Of a DNA stretch of 64,000 nt, positions 48,024-60,956 are shown in pieces. Source of the DNA: Elsinoe ampelina. Its lineage: Eukaryota. The notes under the pieces are model-generated. The model saw only the letters and a list, made by a program, of their open reading frames with translations. It searched no databases and had not been told where the DNA came from. The stretch is taken from the NCBI GenBank assembly GCA_010093995.1, contig ML992509.1, forward strand, positions 666,178-730,177, read 5' to 3'. A program made the translations under genes and the position numbers. How positions within the stretch are numbered: position 1 is the first letter of the stretch; every line of letters begins with the position of its first letter.

Positions 48024-50208
48024 TTACCGATAAACCACATGCCCCGGCTGACTATCATCATACCGCATCGCCAACCCCACGCTCTGTCCAGGCTGCTGCA
48101 TCTCCTGCGGCCCAGCCTGGTAATTCTGATGCGCGTACTCGGGCACGAATCCGCCTTGCTGCTGGCCCGCGTGGACCGGACTCCGGCTCTGCGGCGGGGT
48201 GTGTGCGCCTCCTTGTTGCGGGGGCCCGGGGATGCCTTGTGCCGCGCCCGTGTGGTCGTACGGGCTCACGGCGGGGTAGGCGGATTGGTACGCGTAATGC
48301 GCGGGTTGGACGGGGGCGGAACCCGAGGGGGAGGACGGTTGGGCGTAGCCTTGGGGAGGGGAGTAGGCGCCGTAGGTGGGGTGGGTGTTGGAGGCTTGGG
48401 AGCGGGCGACGTTGGGGTTGGGGTGGACGAAGGTTTGTTGGGGGGATTGGGGCGGGGAGGCGGCGGAGAAGTAGCCGCCTGCGCCGTTGGCGCTGTTGGA
48501 GGAGGAGTGGGAGGGGTCGCCGCCGCCGTTGTTGTTGTTGTGGCGGCGGGATTGGGAGTAGGAGTATTGCATTGCTGGGTTGCCTTTTTCTGTGGGCGTG
48601 CCGATGGTGCTGAGGGAGGGGCTGCCGGTTGTTTGGTCGTTGTCCATGCTGTATTCTTTGTTGGGTTGTTGCATTTCGAACATGGTGCCTTTGGCGTTGT
48701 GGTGGGGATAGCCGTTTTGGCGTGCTTGTTGGGCGGCGTCGAGGGAGACGAATTCTTGCTTGCGAACGAAGCGGCTCGTGAACCATTCGCGCCAGCCGGT
48801 GAAGAAGGAGAGGCGGAAGGTGAGGAGGAAGAGAATGGGGCCAATGACAGATAGGAGAAGGATGACAGCTGAAATCACGTCTTGGTTAACGAGCCACTGT
48901 TGGCCGAGGGAGAAGCATCGTCCGACATCGTTGGGGTTTTGCGCGAGGCATTGGAGCCAAGGAGCTGCACCGCTGGCGTCGGTGGTCGAATTATCGAGCA
49001 GGACGAAAACAACGGCGAAGAAGATGACATCGATCAACATGGATGTGACGAGTGCCAAACCACGCCATTGCAGCCAAAGGACACGCTTGAGCCTGTTGTA
49101 GATTGCACGAGCCTATACTGGTCAGTTTTGACGCTTTCGAAATGTGCAGTGATGCTCACAGTCTGAGCTCTTTGCGAGCTGTTGTAGGTTGGTGCATGTT
49201 GTGATTCGGTTCCCTGTGTATCGGTCTCCTCGTCTGCCCAAATGTTGCGCAGATATACATGGAAGCAGTAGAACATGGTACCAAGCTGGACAAAAATGGC
49301 AATACCAGCAATCGCGATGAGCCAGCCCCAGAAGTCAGCCACGGAGTGATCGTGATTGATATGGCAGGCGCCGGGTCCGAACCGGAACGAGACACCAGTA
49401 GCAGTTATGGCAGCGGTGAAGATGGCCGCTGGAATGGCCCAACCAAGCAATTGCGTCCAGTAGAAGAATCTTCGGCCAGGAGAGCTGCACAAAGAGTCAG
49501 TACCTCGTCAACACATGGTAGAAGACAGCTTCTTACATATCCCAGCAAATTTGAAGATGCATCGAGAGTGCGCGAACGAAGATCCACATGACAGCGGTCA
49601 GACCGCCAGCGAGAATGAATGCTCCTGAGAAAGCGCATGATGTTGAAGAATACATGTCGTTTGGTGTGATCGGGTTCGCACATTCGTCACTGCTTGCAGC
49701 GTGTGGTACGATGAATCCAAGGTTGATGAGGCATGCTGAGATGACCAGACAGGTATTGAGGTAGTGACTTCGTGTGTATTGTGCTGGTAATAATGCGTAG
49801 CTCAGTAGCACGAAAGCGAGTACAGTTAAGCTGACGACGTTGACCCATGCGGCAGCGTCTGCGATTTGCTCGAATGCTGTAATAATTCGTCAGTGACTGA
49901 ATTGTAGTCGTGGCTAGACTCGACATACACTCGGGGTAGATCCATTGTGTCGTGGGACATGGTAAGCAGCAAAGCGCTCCGAGCGTTCGTTCTTGTGGTA
50001 AGCATATCCGGCCATCAGTGACTGTGGGGGAATTAGACGATGGGATTCTGATACATGTAGAGTTGCTTTACTCACATCCACCAGTCGTGGGAAATGCGAC
50101 AGCGTTGTAAAACGGAGGTGGCTGTTTTTGAGGTCAGCTGTTATGCCACTTGCACACAGCCGCTCATGAACTTACGCATCCCCGGGCTAATGTTGCATTA
50201 TAAGACAT
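48024..50208 (-). CDS. GprM-like fungal 7TM GPCR (multi-exon)
   Basis: Cys-rich ectodomain (PPFY, GRIC, CCLPCP), ECANPITPNDM..CAFSG, HLQICWD, GVSFRFG..CHINH, LQWRG; long Q/P/G-rich tail. Confidence 0.8.
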
Positions 50209-52160
50209 GATTGATCAAGAAAAAGACGACTGGCGCTGCCAGACAGGCCAAAAGGTTGTCGCTCAAGATCCAGAAATTCCAGTGTCGTTCGCGGTCGTCC
50301 AAGGGTCCTGCTAGTAGTAAAAGAATCGGCGTGCCAGAGACAGCAAAGAAGAGAAAGGTAGGTCAAATGTGACCAAAGACGCAAGAAGGCAAGGCCGAAG
50401 CTGACAAGATCAATAGACCAGACCGGCAAAAGAGGTTCACTAGACTAGGAGCAGTGTCAGATCAGATGGCGAAAATGCGCAGACATGCACACTCTGCCGT
50501 AACAACCAGTGGGTTCGCCGCTAGTCCCTGGTCAAGGAAGATCCAACAGTTGGCGAAGACTTCAGATTTCCAGACAAGGCTAGAGTCAGACCTGGGAATG
50601 CGTCCGGTCTCTGCAGTGTCCAGTGCGGTCGCGCCGAGGGTGGGAGGGTCGCAAGGCCTGTTGCGTGGATGAGAAGATGTCAGAAGGAAGAGGCAGTGGT
50701 GAAGTTGGGATTATTCTTTCTTCTCAGCGCTCAAGGCTTGGACCGTGGACCCTCGCGGTCGAGGGCATGTTCGAGGTGAGGACCAAAAGGTCGATCCACA
50801 CAGACTCTGACCAATGTGTGGGCAATCTTCGAGACGAACTCTCGACGAGCGCCACGGCTTGGGCCTCGGAGGCCTTTAGGCTCACCATACCAGCCGGATG
50901 TGGAGATGGACCGCCCGTGCCCTGCGGATCATGTTTCCTGGCTTCTTTTGATTTGACAGAGCAGCTCACGCTACTAGTCGATTGCTGCACGCTCTTGACC
51001 CAACAGTGCAGGTCCCCGGAGTTGCCGCGCGTGACGGGCACTCGGTCTGCATGCATGCCATGCAATAGTTTGGCGGATGCTACGCCTTTTCTGCGTCCGT
51101 CTCGCCACATCGCTTGTACCTGCTACATGGCGAACGCAATTAAAACCACCGTGTTTGGGCCCGTCACCGGGATCCTCTACGGGCCGTCAAGAAGCCATGG
51201 ACCGTCGTGACAAGACCGGACCATGCGGGTAGCGGCCAAGGGTAGCCATGACCCATGGTGAAATGTTGGTCGGGCAGTCCCGACAAATGAGGATGCCATG
51301 TAAAAATAGGATTTCCTGACATCGAAATTTAAACGATGATCATGGTGGAGATGATAAGCATGACAGACTGCCTATTCGAATATTACACAAGACTCGCTAT
51401 TGCCTGAGGTGCATTCGACAGTCAGAATTATCGTATACGCGAAGGCGTGGTTACCGATACAGTATGTGCGTCGGTGCTATTCCCTGCAGTACCTGCATTC
51501 GCTGAAAGGAAGCGTGGCAGTGGCACGGTATGTAGGGCTTTGGTGGATCAGCCTGGCTTAGCAGCAAATTTTGTTATTCATGCGGCTGACCATGTGCTGA
51601 TGGTGATGCGATCCGTCAGATATGCACGACAATACTTTTCTTTTTCCGCCCTCGCAGACCTATTGTATGCATTGTAGCAACATTCGCCGTCTTGTACAAA
51701 TTCGCTGAGAACAACAAGTCGATCTTGCTGGGCGCTCGACCGCGGTGGTGGCGTTCGCCATTCGACATGAAACGCGCGACGAACCAAGCTTTGCTCTGTT
51801 TGACCAATTTGACCGCGTGAACTTGGCGCGTTCAGGGACGATCTTGTCGCTAGAAGCTAGGGCAATGCTTCCATATTCGAACGCCGGGGACTCGATGCGC
51901 AGGAGCTCCGATGTGTCACTCTCTGACATCTACTCTCGATGGAGCTTGTACGTCCGTTTCAGTCCATCCCGAAGTACTTCCGAGATACAGTGGTCTTTCA
52001 CCCTGGGAGAATCAAGTTCAAAGGGGGTAGGACAACCAAGCCGACAGCGCTTCACGTAAAGTATGTATGTTGGCATCTCCAACATTGAGGTTGTAAGTCA
52101 CAACAGGGGATAGGATCAGATTTTGAGCAAATACGTACGACCTCTCGTTCTGCAAGGGTA

Positions 52161-52878
52161 TCATGGAAGTGCAAAATCTCCAACTCCCAACACCAAAATC
52201 AGTGTCACAATGATAAGCTGTCATGATGATCAGTTTCATGTCATAGATAGGCTCCTTCAAGACCTACCAGCAAGACACCAAGCCCAATTACGAGCAACTC
52301 CCAGCCTCCTGCCCAAGCTTTGCCTCGTGCCATGCTCCATTGTTGACGGAGGTACCTCTCAAACCCAAGGAGAGATAGGAGCATTGCTGCCGCTTGGAAG
52401 GTAGCGCCTAGTGGCTTGCCTATATCATAATACCTGATACGATCCGACGGCGCAGGCTCGTGTTCGATACGGAACAGCTGCGTAATGAAGATACCAGTCA
52501 TCGAGACCATTACAGACGTGCGAAGATACCCCAGATAGGTACGCTCATTTGCTGCCAACGTTTTGTTAGAGTGGTTCCGGGCTGGACCCACTTTGATATA
52601 GAGATACAGGGGTAGATGCATGAACTCGTGCAGGGCCGCGACTCACCCAGGTGGTCCCGGCAAGCATCGTGCGGCACAGACAAAGCTATATTGCTTCTCC
52701 AGAACCTCGAAATCCATGGTCGCTGGTCTGGTAGACTTAGGATGCTCTCCCGATCTGCAGGTCGCCGGATTGGTGACAATTCCGTCGCCTCCCGCTCGCT
52801 GTCATCATGTCGCTGGTTTTCTTCTTCTTGACTATTGCTTTCTTGATTGTTGTTTTGCGGCACTCCTGAGGGGTGCAT
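52161..52878 (-). CDS. DUF202 (YidH-like) membrane protein, 2 introns
   Basis: CRDHL|ANERTYLGYLRTS signature after splicing, three hydrophobic segments; last exon LIIVTLILVLGVGDFALP*. Confidence 0.8.
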
Positions 52879-53306
52879 CGATACTGGAGAGAGTGTGCCG
52901 CGAGCGCATGATCGTAAAGAGGAGCTGCAGAAGATTCGAAGATAGTCGATGGCCAATGTCTCTCATTTGTACGGATAGGAGGACAGAACGGTGGGGCAGC
53001 TCGCCGACCTCAGCGCACGTGACCGGGGCCAAACTTTTTTTCTGGTAGGCGAGAGGGGCCGCTGTTCCGCCCCGCGCCCTCGGCCGTCACTGCGGTCACG
53101 GACTGAACTGCGGAACACTTCATCTAGATCTCAAGGGCTGGTTGACAAACCTTGACGCGGTCGCAATCACTCTTCCCTTCTCTTCGGGTCCAAAGACATC
53201 TGTCGCGCCTTGGTCGGATGATGAGAGCGCATCAAAAGGGCATTAATAAATCAACCGCACACCTAGCACACGACAGCGAACGACACATCTGCCAAATACA
53301 GCAATC

Positions 53307-55054
53307 ATGGGGCTCTCCAAGTCGACGAGGATTTCGATCCTGCTAGCCATAGATTCGGTCTTCTTCCTCATTGAGCTGGTTACTGGATATGCCGTGCATT
53401 CGCTTGCGCTGGTGGCAGACTCTTTCCACATGTTGAATGACGTCTTGTCACTATTGGTGGGGCTCTGGGCTGTTAAGGTGGCTCAAGAGAAGACCAGCTC
53501 AAAGATGTATACCTACGGTGTAAGCTTTGTCCATCCTACACTCCAGCGCGTCAGTACTGATATCAGGGACAGTGGCAGCGAGCAGAAACTCTAGGCGCCC
53601 TCGTCAATGGAGTTTTCTTGGTCGCACTGTGTCTATCAATCTTTCTCGAAGCAATTCAGCGATTCGTCGAGCCGCAAGAAGTCAGTCAACCAGTCCTTGT
53701 ACTTGTGGTAGGATGTTTAGGTCTCGCGTCGAACATTGTCGGTCTCTTCCTCTTCCATGACCACGGTCACAGCCATGGCGGACATTCCCACGGACACTCT
53801 CATGGCCATGATCATGCGGATCCACACTCGGAAGCTGAACAGGGACACGCCGATCACGTACACGCTGGAGACATACAGGCAGCAGATGAGTCGGGCAATG
53901 TGGCGGATGTGTTACCAGAGAACAGACTTGGACCATGGCCAAAAACAGGAAAAGCAAGGGACACATCATCCACACCACCAAGCGACGCAACGGCTGTAGA
54001 GGACGCTCAGCAAAGCGCTTCTTCGCTTGAGTCGCCTTACAAGTTCCAGAAGCACAGGAAGACCAGATCTCGATCAAGAACATACTCCAGCGTGGATGAC
54101 TTGCCTATCAATCCTGCCTCTTTCCGACGCTCCATCATCGACGCAAGCAAGCTTGAAGATATCGATTCAGATCGGAGCACAGAAGATGAAACCGCACAGC
54201 ACAAAACAAGCTCAAAGCAGCCAAATGCCGAAGGAAGCACGGAGAACGACAACCTTCTCAAGTCTACCCAAGCAGCGGGCTACGGATCAACGGCGGCGTC
54301 ATCGCACGAAGCGCACAAGCACAAGCAACCAAAGTCGGCCTCCGGAGGTGGACATGGACATTCTCACGGCGACCTCAACATGCGTGGTGTATTCTTGCAC
54401 GTCATGGGTGACGCTCTGGGCAATGTTGGCGTGATAGCATCAGCGCTCATCATCTGGCTCACACCTTGGTCGTGGCGATTCTACTCAGACCCGGCCATTT
54501 CTCTTATCATCACCGTCATCATTCTTTGCTCCGCCATTCCTCTTTGCAAAGCTGCGTCTCGGATCCTGCTGCAAGCTGTACCCATTGGTCTGAGTATCGA
54601 TGATATCAAGGATGACATTGAGGATCTTCCTGGTGTCGTCTCGGCCCACCATCTACACGTATGGCAACTCAGTGACACAAAGCTGGTTGCGAGCATCCAC
54701 GTACAGGTCGCTTATGACTTCAAAGGCGAGGGTTCTGCCCGATACATGCAGCTCGCTCACGAGATTCGAGAATGTCTGCATGAATACGGCATTCACTCCA
54801 GCACGATTCAACCCGAATTTTGCCTCGATCCGGATCACGACCACTTGACGACCGTTAATGAGAGCGACTCGGAAGGCAGTCCCAGACCAAAGACAGTTAG
54901 CAAGAAGGCCAGCAAAGCGAATAGTCTTCATGATCAGGCATGTCTACTCGACTGCGGCGACACTTGCGGGAACGACATGAGCTGCTGTCCAGCACCTGCG
55001 AGCAAAGATAAGAAGGACGTTCCGGAAGGATCACATCACGGCCACGACCACTAG
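53307..55054 (+). CDS. ZRC1: CDF-family Zn/Co transporter (Zrc1/Cot1-like); intron ~53520-53572
   Basis: SLALVADSFHMLND, TYG|WQRAE, His-rich loops, NMRGVFLHVMGDALG, HHLHVWQL, HSSTIQPE. Confidence 0.92.
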
Positions 55055-55424
55055 AGCAGGACAAAATGGCCTCGAAGCCGGTTTGTTTGCGTTCGTTAGC
55101 AGTGATTAGATATCCCCTGTCATTCTAAAGGCGTTGTTGGTCGGGTAGCCAATTTGCTTGTTGAGCATTTAGTTTGGACGCATTCGCTGGCAGAACGACC
55201 ACGGAGTGCATGATTGCAACAGTTCATTTTGTAGAAATAGCCAATAATGTAATATCACTCATTACACCAAGCAGCACCACCGGCATGCAAATCCCGAAAC
55301 TCATGACGTGATGATATTAGAGTAGCTCGACATCTTCAACAACTCCGCTTATATTTCCCCCACCTAACCACCCCTCCTCAAATCTACCCTTAGCTCCAGC
55401 ACCCTCCCAATCCAACTCCAAAAA

Positions 55425-56546
55425 ATGGGCGGCGGACCAGCAAAAGAAGTCCTGCTCATCATCCTCCCCCTCCCCCGCCCCGACGCCCTCATCTCCCGCC
55501 TCCAATCCCACCACCCCAACCTCGAGATCCGCTTCTCCCAACCCCCGGACTCGTCGTCCTCTTCTCCCACCTCCCCAACCGACCTCTACAAAGACGTCAC
55601 CGTCCTCGTCACCTTCTCCTCCCTGCCCCCGCCCTCCTCCGCCCCCCTCCTCGACCTCCTCCAACTCTTCTCCGCCGGCTCCAACCACATCTCCGACACG
55701 CCCCTGTACCGCGACACGGACATCACCATCGCGACCGCCTCAGGCATCCACGGCCCACAGATCGCGGAATGGGCCATCATGACGTCGCTGGTGCACAGCC
55801 ACAAGTACAAAGCGCTGTACGAGCTGCAGAAAGCGCACCGGTGGGGGAAGAAGCCGGCGGGGGAAGACCCAGGGGAGGGGGAGAATTTCAGGGACGTGAG
55901 GGATATGGTGGGCGCGAGGTTGGGGGTGCTAGGGTATGGGAGTATTGGAAGGCAGGTGGCGAGGGTGGGGAGCGCGATGGGGATGGAGGTTGTGGCGTTT
56001 ACGGCGGGGAGGAGGGATACCGAGGAGAGTAAGCGGGATAAAGGGTGGGTGGTGCCGGGGACGGGGGATGTGGAGGGGAGGGTACCGGGGGAGTGGTGGA
56101 GTGGGTTGGATAAGGGCAGTTTGAGGAGGTTTTTGGCGAGGGATTTGGATGTGTTGTTGGTGAGTGTGCCGTTGACGGAGGACACGAGGGGGTTTCTTGG
56201 GAAGGAGGAGTTTGAGGTGTTGGCGAAGGGGAGTGGGGAGGGGAGAGGGGGGAGGAAGCCGTTTGTGGTGAATATTGCGAGAGGGCCGATTATCAATCAG
56301 GAGGAGTTGGTGGAGAAGTTGAAGGATGGGACGCTGGGAGGGGCCGCGTTGGATGTCACGGATCCTGAGCCTCTGCCGGAGGATAGTGAGCTATGGGATT
56401 TGAAGAATGTGATTGTCACGCCGCATGTCAGTGGTGTTGGGCAGGCATATACTGAGAGGGCCTTTGAATTGTTGGATGAGCAGCTGAGGAGGAGGGAGAA
56501 GGGAGAGAAGCTGCTGAATGTTGTGCAGAGGAAGAGGGGATATTAA
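55425..56546 (+). CDS. D-isomer-specific 2-hydroxyacid dehydrogenase
   Basis: ASGIHGPQIAEW, GVLGYGSIG, VNIARG, AALDVTDPEPLP, VTPHVSG. Confidence 0.93.
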   Translation: MGGGPAKEVLLIILPLPRPDALISRLQSHHPNLEIRFSQPPDSSSSSPTSPTDLYKDVTVLVTFSSLPPPSSAPLLDLLQLFSAGSNHISDTPLYRDTDITIATASGIHGPQIAEWAIMTSLVHSHKYKALYELQKAHRWGKKPAGEDPGEGENFRDVRDMVGARLGVLGYGSIGRQVARVGSAMGMEVVAFTAGRRDTEESKRDKGWVVPGTGDVEGRVPGEWWSGLDKGSLRRFLARDLDVLLVSVPLTEDTRGFLGKEEFEVLAKGSGEGRGGRKPFVVNIARGPIINQEELVEKLKDGTLGGAALDVTDPEPLPEDSELWDLKNVIVTPHVSGVGQAYTERAFELLDEQLRRREKGEKLLNVVQRKRGY

Positions 56547-57039
56547 TGGCTCGTAATGCTCTGCTCGCAGGATATGTAAATACGATGAGGTCAAATCCAC
56601 ATAGATGATGAAACAGCACATGAATTGCACACATCCAGATTGACTCCTTCATGCATTATCAAATGCTTAGATACTACCCAGCTTCAAAGTGTGGTATGAG
56701 CATGCTACTCCCGGTCTAGTAGTAGGTGTGTCGGTCTAATAATACCTTTCTTTTTTGGTCTGGTAGTAATTTGGTCAATCTCGCAATAACCTCCTCCACC
56801 AAATCGACAAGTGATTCCAGCAGTCCGGACAGTCCATGATATCGTCTCCGAGCTCCCAAGCACAAGGAATAGTCCGCTTCATGAAGCAAGCTTTCGTGAT
56901 CTCGCCTTTGCTTTTCTTTTGAGCCGTGAAAACTTTGCTACCAGAAAAGAAAGCTTGAGTATGACTGGTCTTTCAGACCTCGAGTATATATCTATCCTTC
57001 GCTGCAAACAAACGTTCATCCAGAAGCGCACCACCAAGT

Positions 57040-57525
57040 ATGGCTACGCTACAGGATATCCGCCAGGACGATTCTTTGTGGTGGCGAGTCCTCGTCTTCT
57101 TGTTCGACCTCCGACACTTCAAGAAAAACGTCGACTCACAATCCAGGCTTGATCGTATAGTGGATGCCTCCTACCTTGGACAACCATACTTCACAGAGGA
57201 CGAGGTATCCATGCTCAAGTCAACGGCACTACCGGCTGGCAGTACTCTTGCAGACACGGTCCAAGCTACACTCGAGGAGCGACTGGAGCGCAGAATGAAG
57301 AAGCGAGTGGAGAGCAGTGACTATCGTGTTTGTGCTGCCCACGATTTGGCGCCGGTGTTTGAAACGGCATTCGAGGTCAAGGAGAAAGATCTTGCTCGCA
57401 ACGAACGCTTCGTCGAGCTCCTGAACGAACATAGTCTGAATGTACCACCCGACTGGAGGTCGATATTCAAGCCTGTCAACAAATGTGGGCCGAAGCCTAA
57501 GCCTGGCAAGAAGAAACCCCGCTAG
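57040..57525 (+). CDS. Hypothetical protein
   Basis: 161-aa ATG ORF with globular composition (ERRMKKR..DYRVCAAHDLAPVFE) and a basic C-terminal tail. Confidence 0.65.
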   Translation: MATLQDIRQDDSLWWRVLVFLFDLRHFKKNVDSQSRLDRIVDASYLGQPYFTEDEVSMLKSTALPAGSTLADTVQATLEERLERRMKKRVESSDYRVCAAHDLAPVFETAFEVKEKDLARNERFVELLNEHSLNVPPDWRSIFKPVNKCGPKPKPGKKKPR

Positions 57526-58440
57526 GCTACCACATTCGTTATGTCCCTGTAGTGACAAACTAAGGATCGCAGCTGGAGATCGAGCAAACACCATCGACAG
57601 CGGGCAGCACCACCTTCCCAATCAAATGCACAGCAGTCGGCCGTAAAATCAAATGGCTGCAAAGCGCCAACACAGCTGTGGAAAAGGAAACAAGATCCCA
57701 CCGGTTGACAGTCAACTCGGTGCCGACATGCCGGAGCAGGAGTCACCGTGTGATGTGATTCCTACCAGGCGGCCTCATCAATGCAGCATCCACAATCTGA
57801 TACCGTTCGACGCATCAGATACCGATGACTCATGTCAGCAATAGCCCCATGCAGTCACTCTTTGTCATGCTGCTGGGCACCGGGGTATAGATGGAGGTTA
57901 CGGGGTTTAGTATTCTGCGTGAAGAGTCGGCCGATCGGCAGCAAAGTCACCGGCCGGGCCCTTGGAGAAAGCCCCGACAGCGGAAAGTGGACGAGCCAGC
58001 CAATCAAACATTTCATCGACACGGGAAGGCGTCTGGACTACGAGCCGCTGTGACTACCAGAGGACAAGCTCACGGCTAAGCTTTTGTGAAAAATCTCCGC
58101 GACCACGTTCCTCCGCGACTTTGGGCCCCTCGCAAGCTCGTTTTCTGGCACAGAAAGCCAATCACACCGTTTGGGACGAACGGTCAGTACATCGGCCGAA
58201 CACTGTAAAATCCGCCCGACATGTCCATGATGTTGCCTGGGGCTTTGATCAGTCCTCCGTGGAGGAAGATCTGAGGTATAAGATACATCTACATTCCTGT
58301 CCCGTCTCCCACACAAATCCATCTCAAACACCACACAAACATCTCACAAACACCTGACAAACAACATACAAACAATTTCACCTCACCTGTCATCGCTCTA
58401 ACAAAGTTTCACAACCTAGTCACCTAACTTGGCATTCAAC

Positions 58441-60159
58441 ATGGCAGTACCAGGAGAGCCAGTAGTTCCGCCCCCTCCTCAATTAGCAAACATGACACAA
58501 ATATCGAGCAATTCCGAATCAGACCATGAAGGCGAAAAGCTCACTCAGATCAAGAGCAAAGCCATGTCTGAGATTGAATACCCATCAACAAAGGCTGCAG
58601 TCCTGATCATCTTCGCGCTGTACTGCTCAATCTTCCTGGTTGCTCTCGACAGGACTATTCTCGGAACCGCCATCCCTCAAATGACGAACGAGCTCCATTC
58701 CTTCCAAGATATTGGATGGTATCAGTCCGCATACATGGTTTGCACCGCTGGTCTTCAACTGGTCTATGGTCGTATCTATACGTACTACTCCCCGAAATGG
58801 ACCTACATCGTCTCAATTGCTCTCTTCGAAATTGGCTCCGCTATCTGCGGTGCAGCTCCCAACTCCACCACAGTCATCGTTGGACGTGCTGTGAGCGGTG
58901 TGGGAGGCGCAGGTATCTTCAGTGGAGGAATGGTAATTATTCTGAATACACTACCGCTTGAGAAACGACCTCTAGCGATGGGATTGATCGGTGCCGTCTT
59001 CGGAATTGCTAGCGTAATCGGTCCGCTACTTGGAGGAGCTTTCACCGACCATGTATCATGGCGCTGGTGCTTCTTCATCAACCTACCGATCGGCGGGCTC
59101 ACTATGGCTATCATACTGTTCGTTCTCAGGAAAGAGATCCCAATCGCCGACAGTGGCAAATCGATCAAGGAAAAGTTCCTCGAACTGGACCCTCTCGGCA
59201 CTGCCCTCTTCCTGCCTAGCATTGTATGCCTATTGCTCGCGCTCCAGTGGGGTGGATCTACCTACGCTTGGTCAAATGGACGAGTGGTTGCTCTTCTGGT
59301 AGTATTTGCTCTCGCCCAAGTCGCTTTCTGGGTCCTCCAATTCATTCGACCAGAGAACCGCGTCACGGTACCCATGCGGATCGTCTTCAATCGCTCTATT
59401 GCCGGTGGCATGTGGTACACCTTCTTTGGAGGTTCCGTCATGGTTGTCCTGGTCACATTTATCCCCCTCTACTTCCAGGCCATAGCAAATCAGACCGCCA
59501 CAGCATCCGGCATTCGTCTCATCCCACTCATCCTGTCCATGGTCATCTCGATCATCTTTTCCGGAGCAATGGTGCAGAAATTCGGCTACTACACGCCTTT
59601 CATGATCGTCGGAGCGGTGATTATGCCGATCGGGTCTGGCCTCATTTCCACGTGGACCGTCGATGCTCCTGCTGGACACTGGATTGGCTTTCAAGTTCTC
59701 CTGGGTCTTGGAATGGGTTTTGGGCTTCAGCAGCCCAACATCGCGGCGCAGACTGTTCTACCGCGCAAAGACACATCAGTGGGCGTATCACTCATCGTCC
59801 TATGCCAGACCCTAGGTGGTGGTGTCTTCGCCAGTGTCGCTCAGAATGTCCTCAATACGAGCCTGATCAGAAACCTAGTTGACTTCCCTGTTAAGATCGA
59901 CGCCCATCAGATCGTCACCGCAGGAGCCACCAATATCAGGAAGATGGTGCCAGCCGAGAACCTGAGGGAGTTCCTGATCGCCTATAATGGCGCTGTCACA
60001 GATGCCTTCAAGGTCGCCGTCGGCTGCGGATCTGTACTCATCATTGGTGCTTTGGCTATGGAATGGGCGAGCACGAAGAAGAATGTAAACACAAAGACAA
60101 AGTCGCCAGAGGCCACTGTGGAGGAGGGCAAGAAAGAGGAGATTGAGGAGAAGGCATAG
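58441..60159 (+). CDS. MFS drug:H+ antiporter, DHA2/14-TMS family
   Basis: [57 protein letters not shown]-like element at ~58277. Confidence 0.93.
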   Translation: MAVPGEPVVPPPPQLANMTQISSNSESDHEGEKLTQIKSKAMSEIEYPSTKAAVLIIFALYCSIFLVALDRTILGTAIPQMTNELHSFQDIGWYQSAYMVCTAGLQLVYGRIYTYYSPKWTYIVSIALFEIGSAICGAAPNSTTVIVGRAVSGVGGAGIFSGGMVIILNTLPLEKRPLAMGLIGAVFGIASVIGPLLGGAFTDHVSWRWCFFINLPIGGLTMAIILFVLRKEIPIADSGKSIKEKFLELDPLGTALFLPSIVCLLLALQWGGSTYAWSNGRVVALLVVFALAQVAFWVLQFIRPENRVTVPMRIVFNRSIAGGMWYTFFGGSVMVVLVTFIPLYFQAIANQTATASGIRLIPLILSMVISIIFSGAMVQKFGYYTPFMIVGAVIMPIGSGLISTWTVDAPAGHWIGFQVLLGLGMGFGLQQPNIAAQTVLPRKDTSVGVSLIVLCQTLGGGVFASVAQNVLNTSLIRNLVDFPVKIDAHQIVTAGATNIRKMVPAENLREFLIAYNGAVTDAFKVAVGCGSVLIIGALAMEWASTKKNVNTKTKSPEATVEEGKKEEIEEKA

Positions 60160-60956
60160 ATTCTCGATAAAGGCGACCAGGCGAACAGCACGCAGGTCAC
60201 GCAGTTTGGAGCATAGCGAGTTTGGCGTTGCATGATACCCTCGAGACTATGGTCTCGACAGGCTGTACTATTATATAGACGACTCATGTCTGCATTGGGA
60301 GGACACCCTTCTCACGAATGAATATCTTAGAGCAAGCACTCTCCTTCAGCAGTCCGTTTTCGGTGGTCAACCTAATATATCATCACACAGTAAACCTGCA
60401 GCGCTTCTGGTAGGTCCAAATCTCGAGCACTACCAGGAACTTGCCGCTGTTCGTGATTCTCGGGTAGCATCGCTCATGCCATTGTACCACGATGTGAAGT
60501 TGGTTGTAGCCTCTCTGGTAGGATCAGACCTGAGAGACTACCAGCCGGCAATGATATGACTTCTCATGACTGATTGCTCAAATTCTCCTCCGTCCCGCGA
60601 GAAGTACTGGCAGTGAGCAATCACTAGAGCCAGTCCATGACCAGTCACAAACGTCGATCAGTCCTCTGACTGAGCCGAGCCTCTCCAGTATGGTTAGCTC
60701 TCGATTACTACCAGTGAAGTGCCTCGTCGGTCAGGGAGCAATCTACACACGCTTTGATCAGGCCAAATTCCAAAGACTACCAGCGGACGATTATTGATTG
60801 ATGGAAAGCGAACTTACACCCGAAGCACAACAGTATCCCAGAAAGCCCACAACCCTCTGAACTACGACCATCTCGGGATGGAGAACGTACTGTATATTGC
60901 TTCGCTATGGTCTCGTCAAATGGGTATCAAACGTAACGATGTCGCTATGATGGCAA

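Noticed and set aside
55425..60159. Secondary-metabolite cluster around the DHA2 pump and dehydrogenase
   Set aside because: No PKS, NRPS, terpene synthase or pathway regulator in the window.
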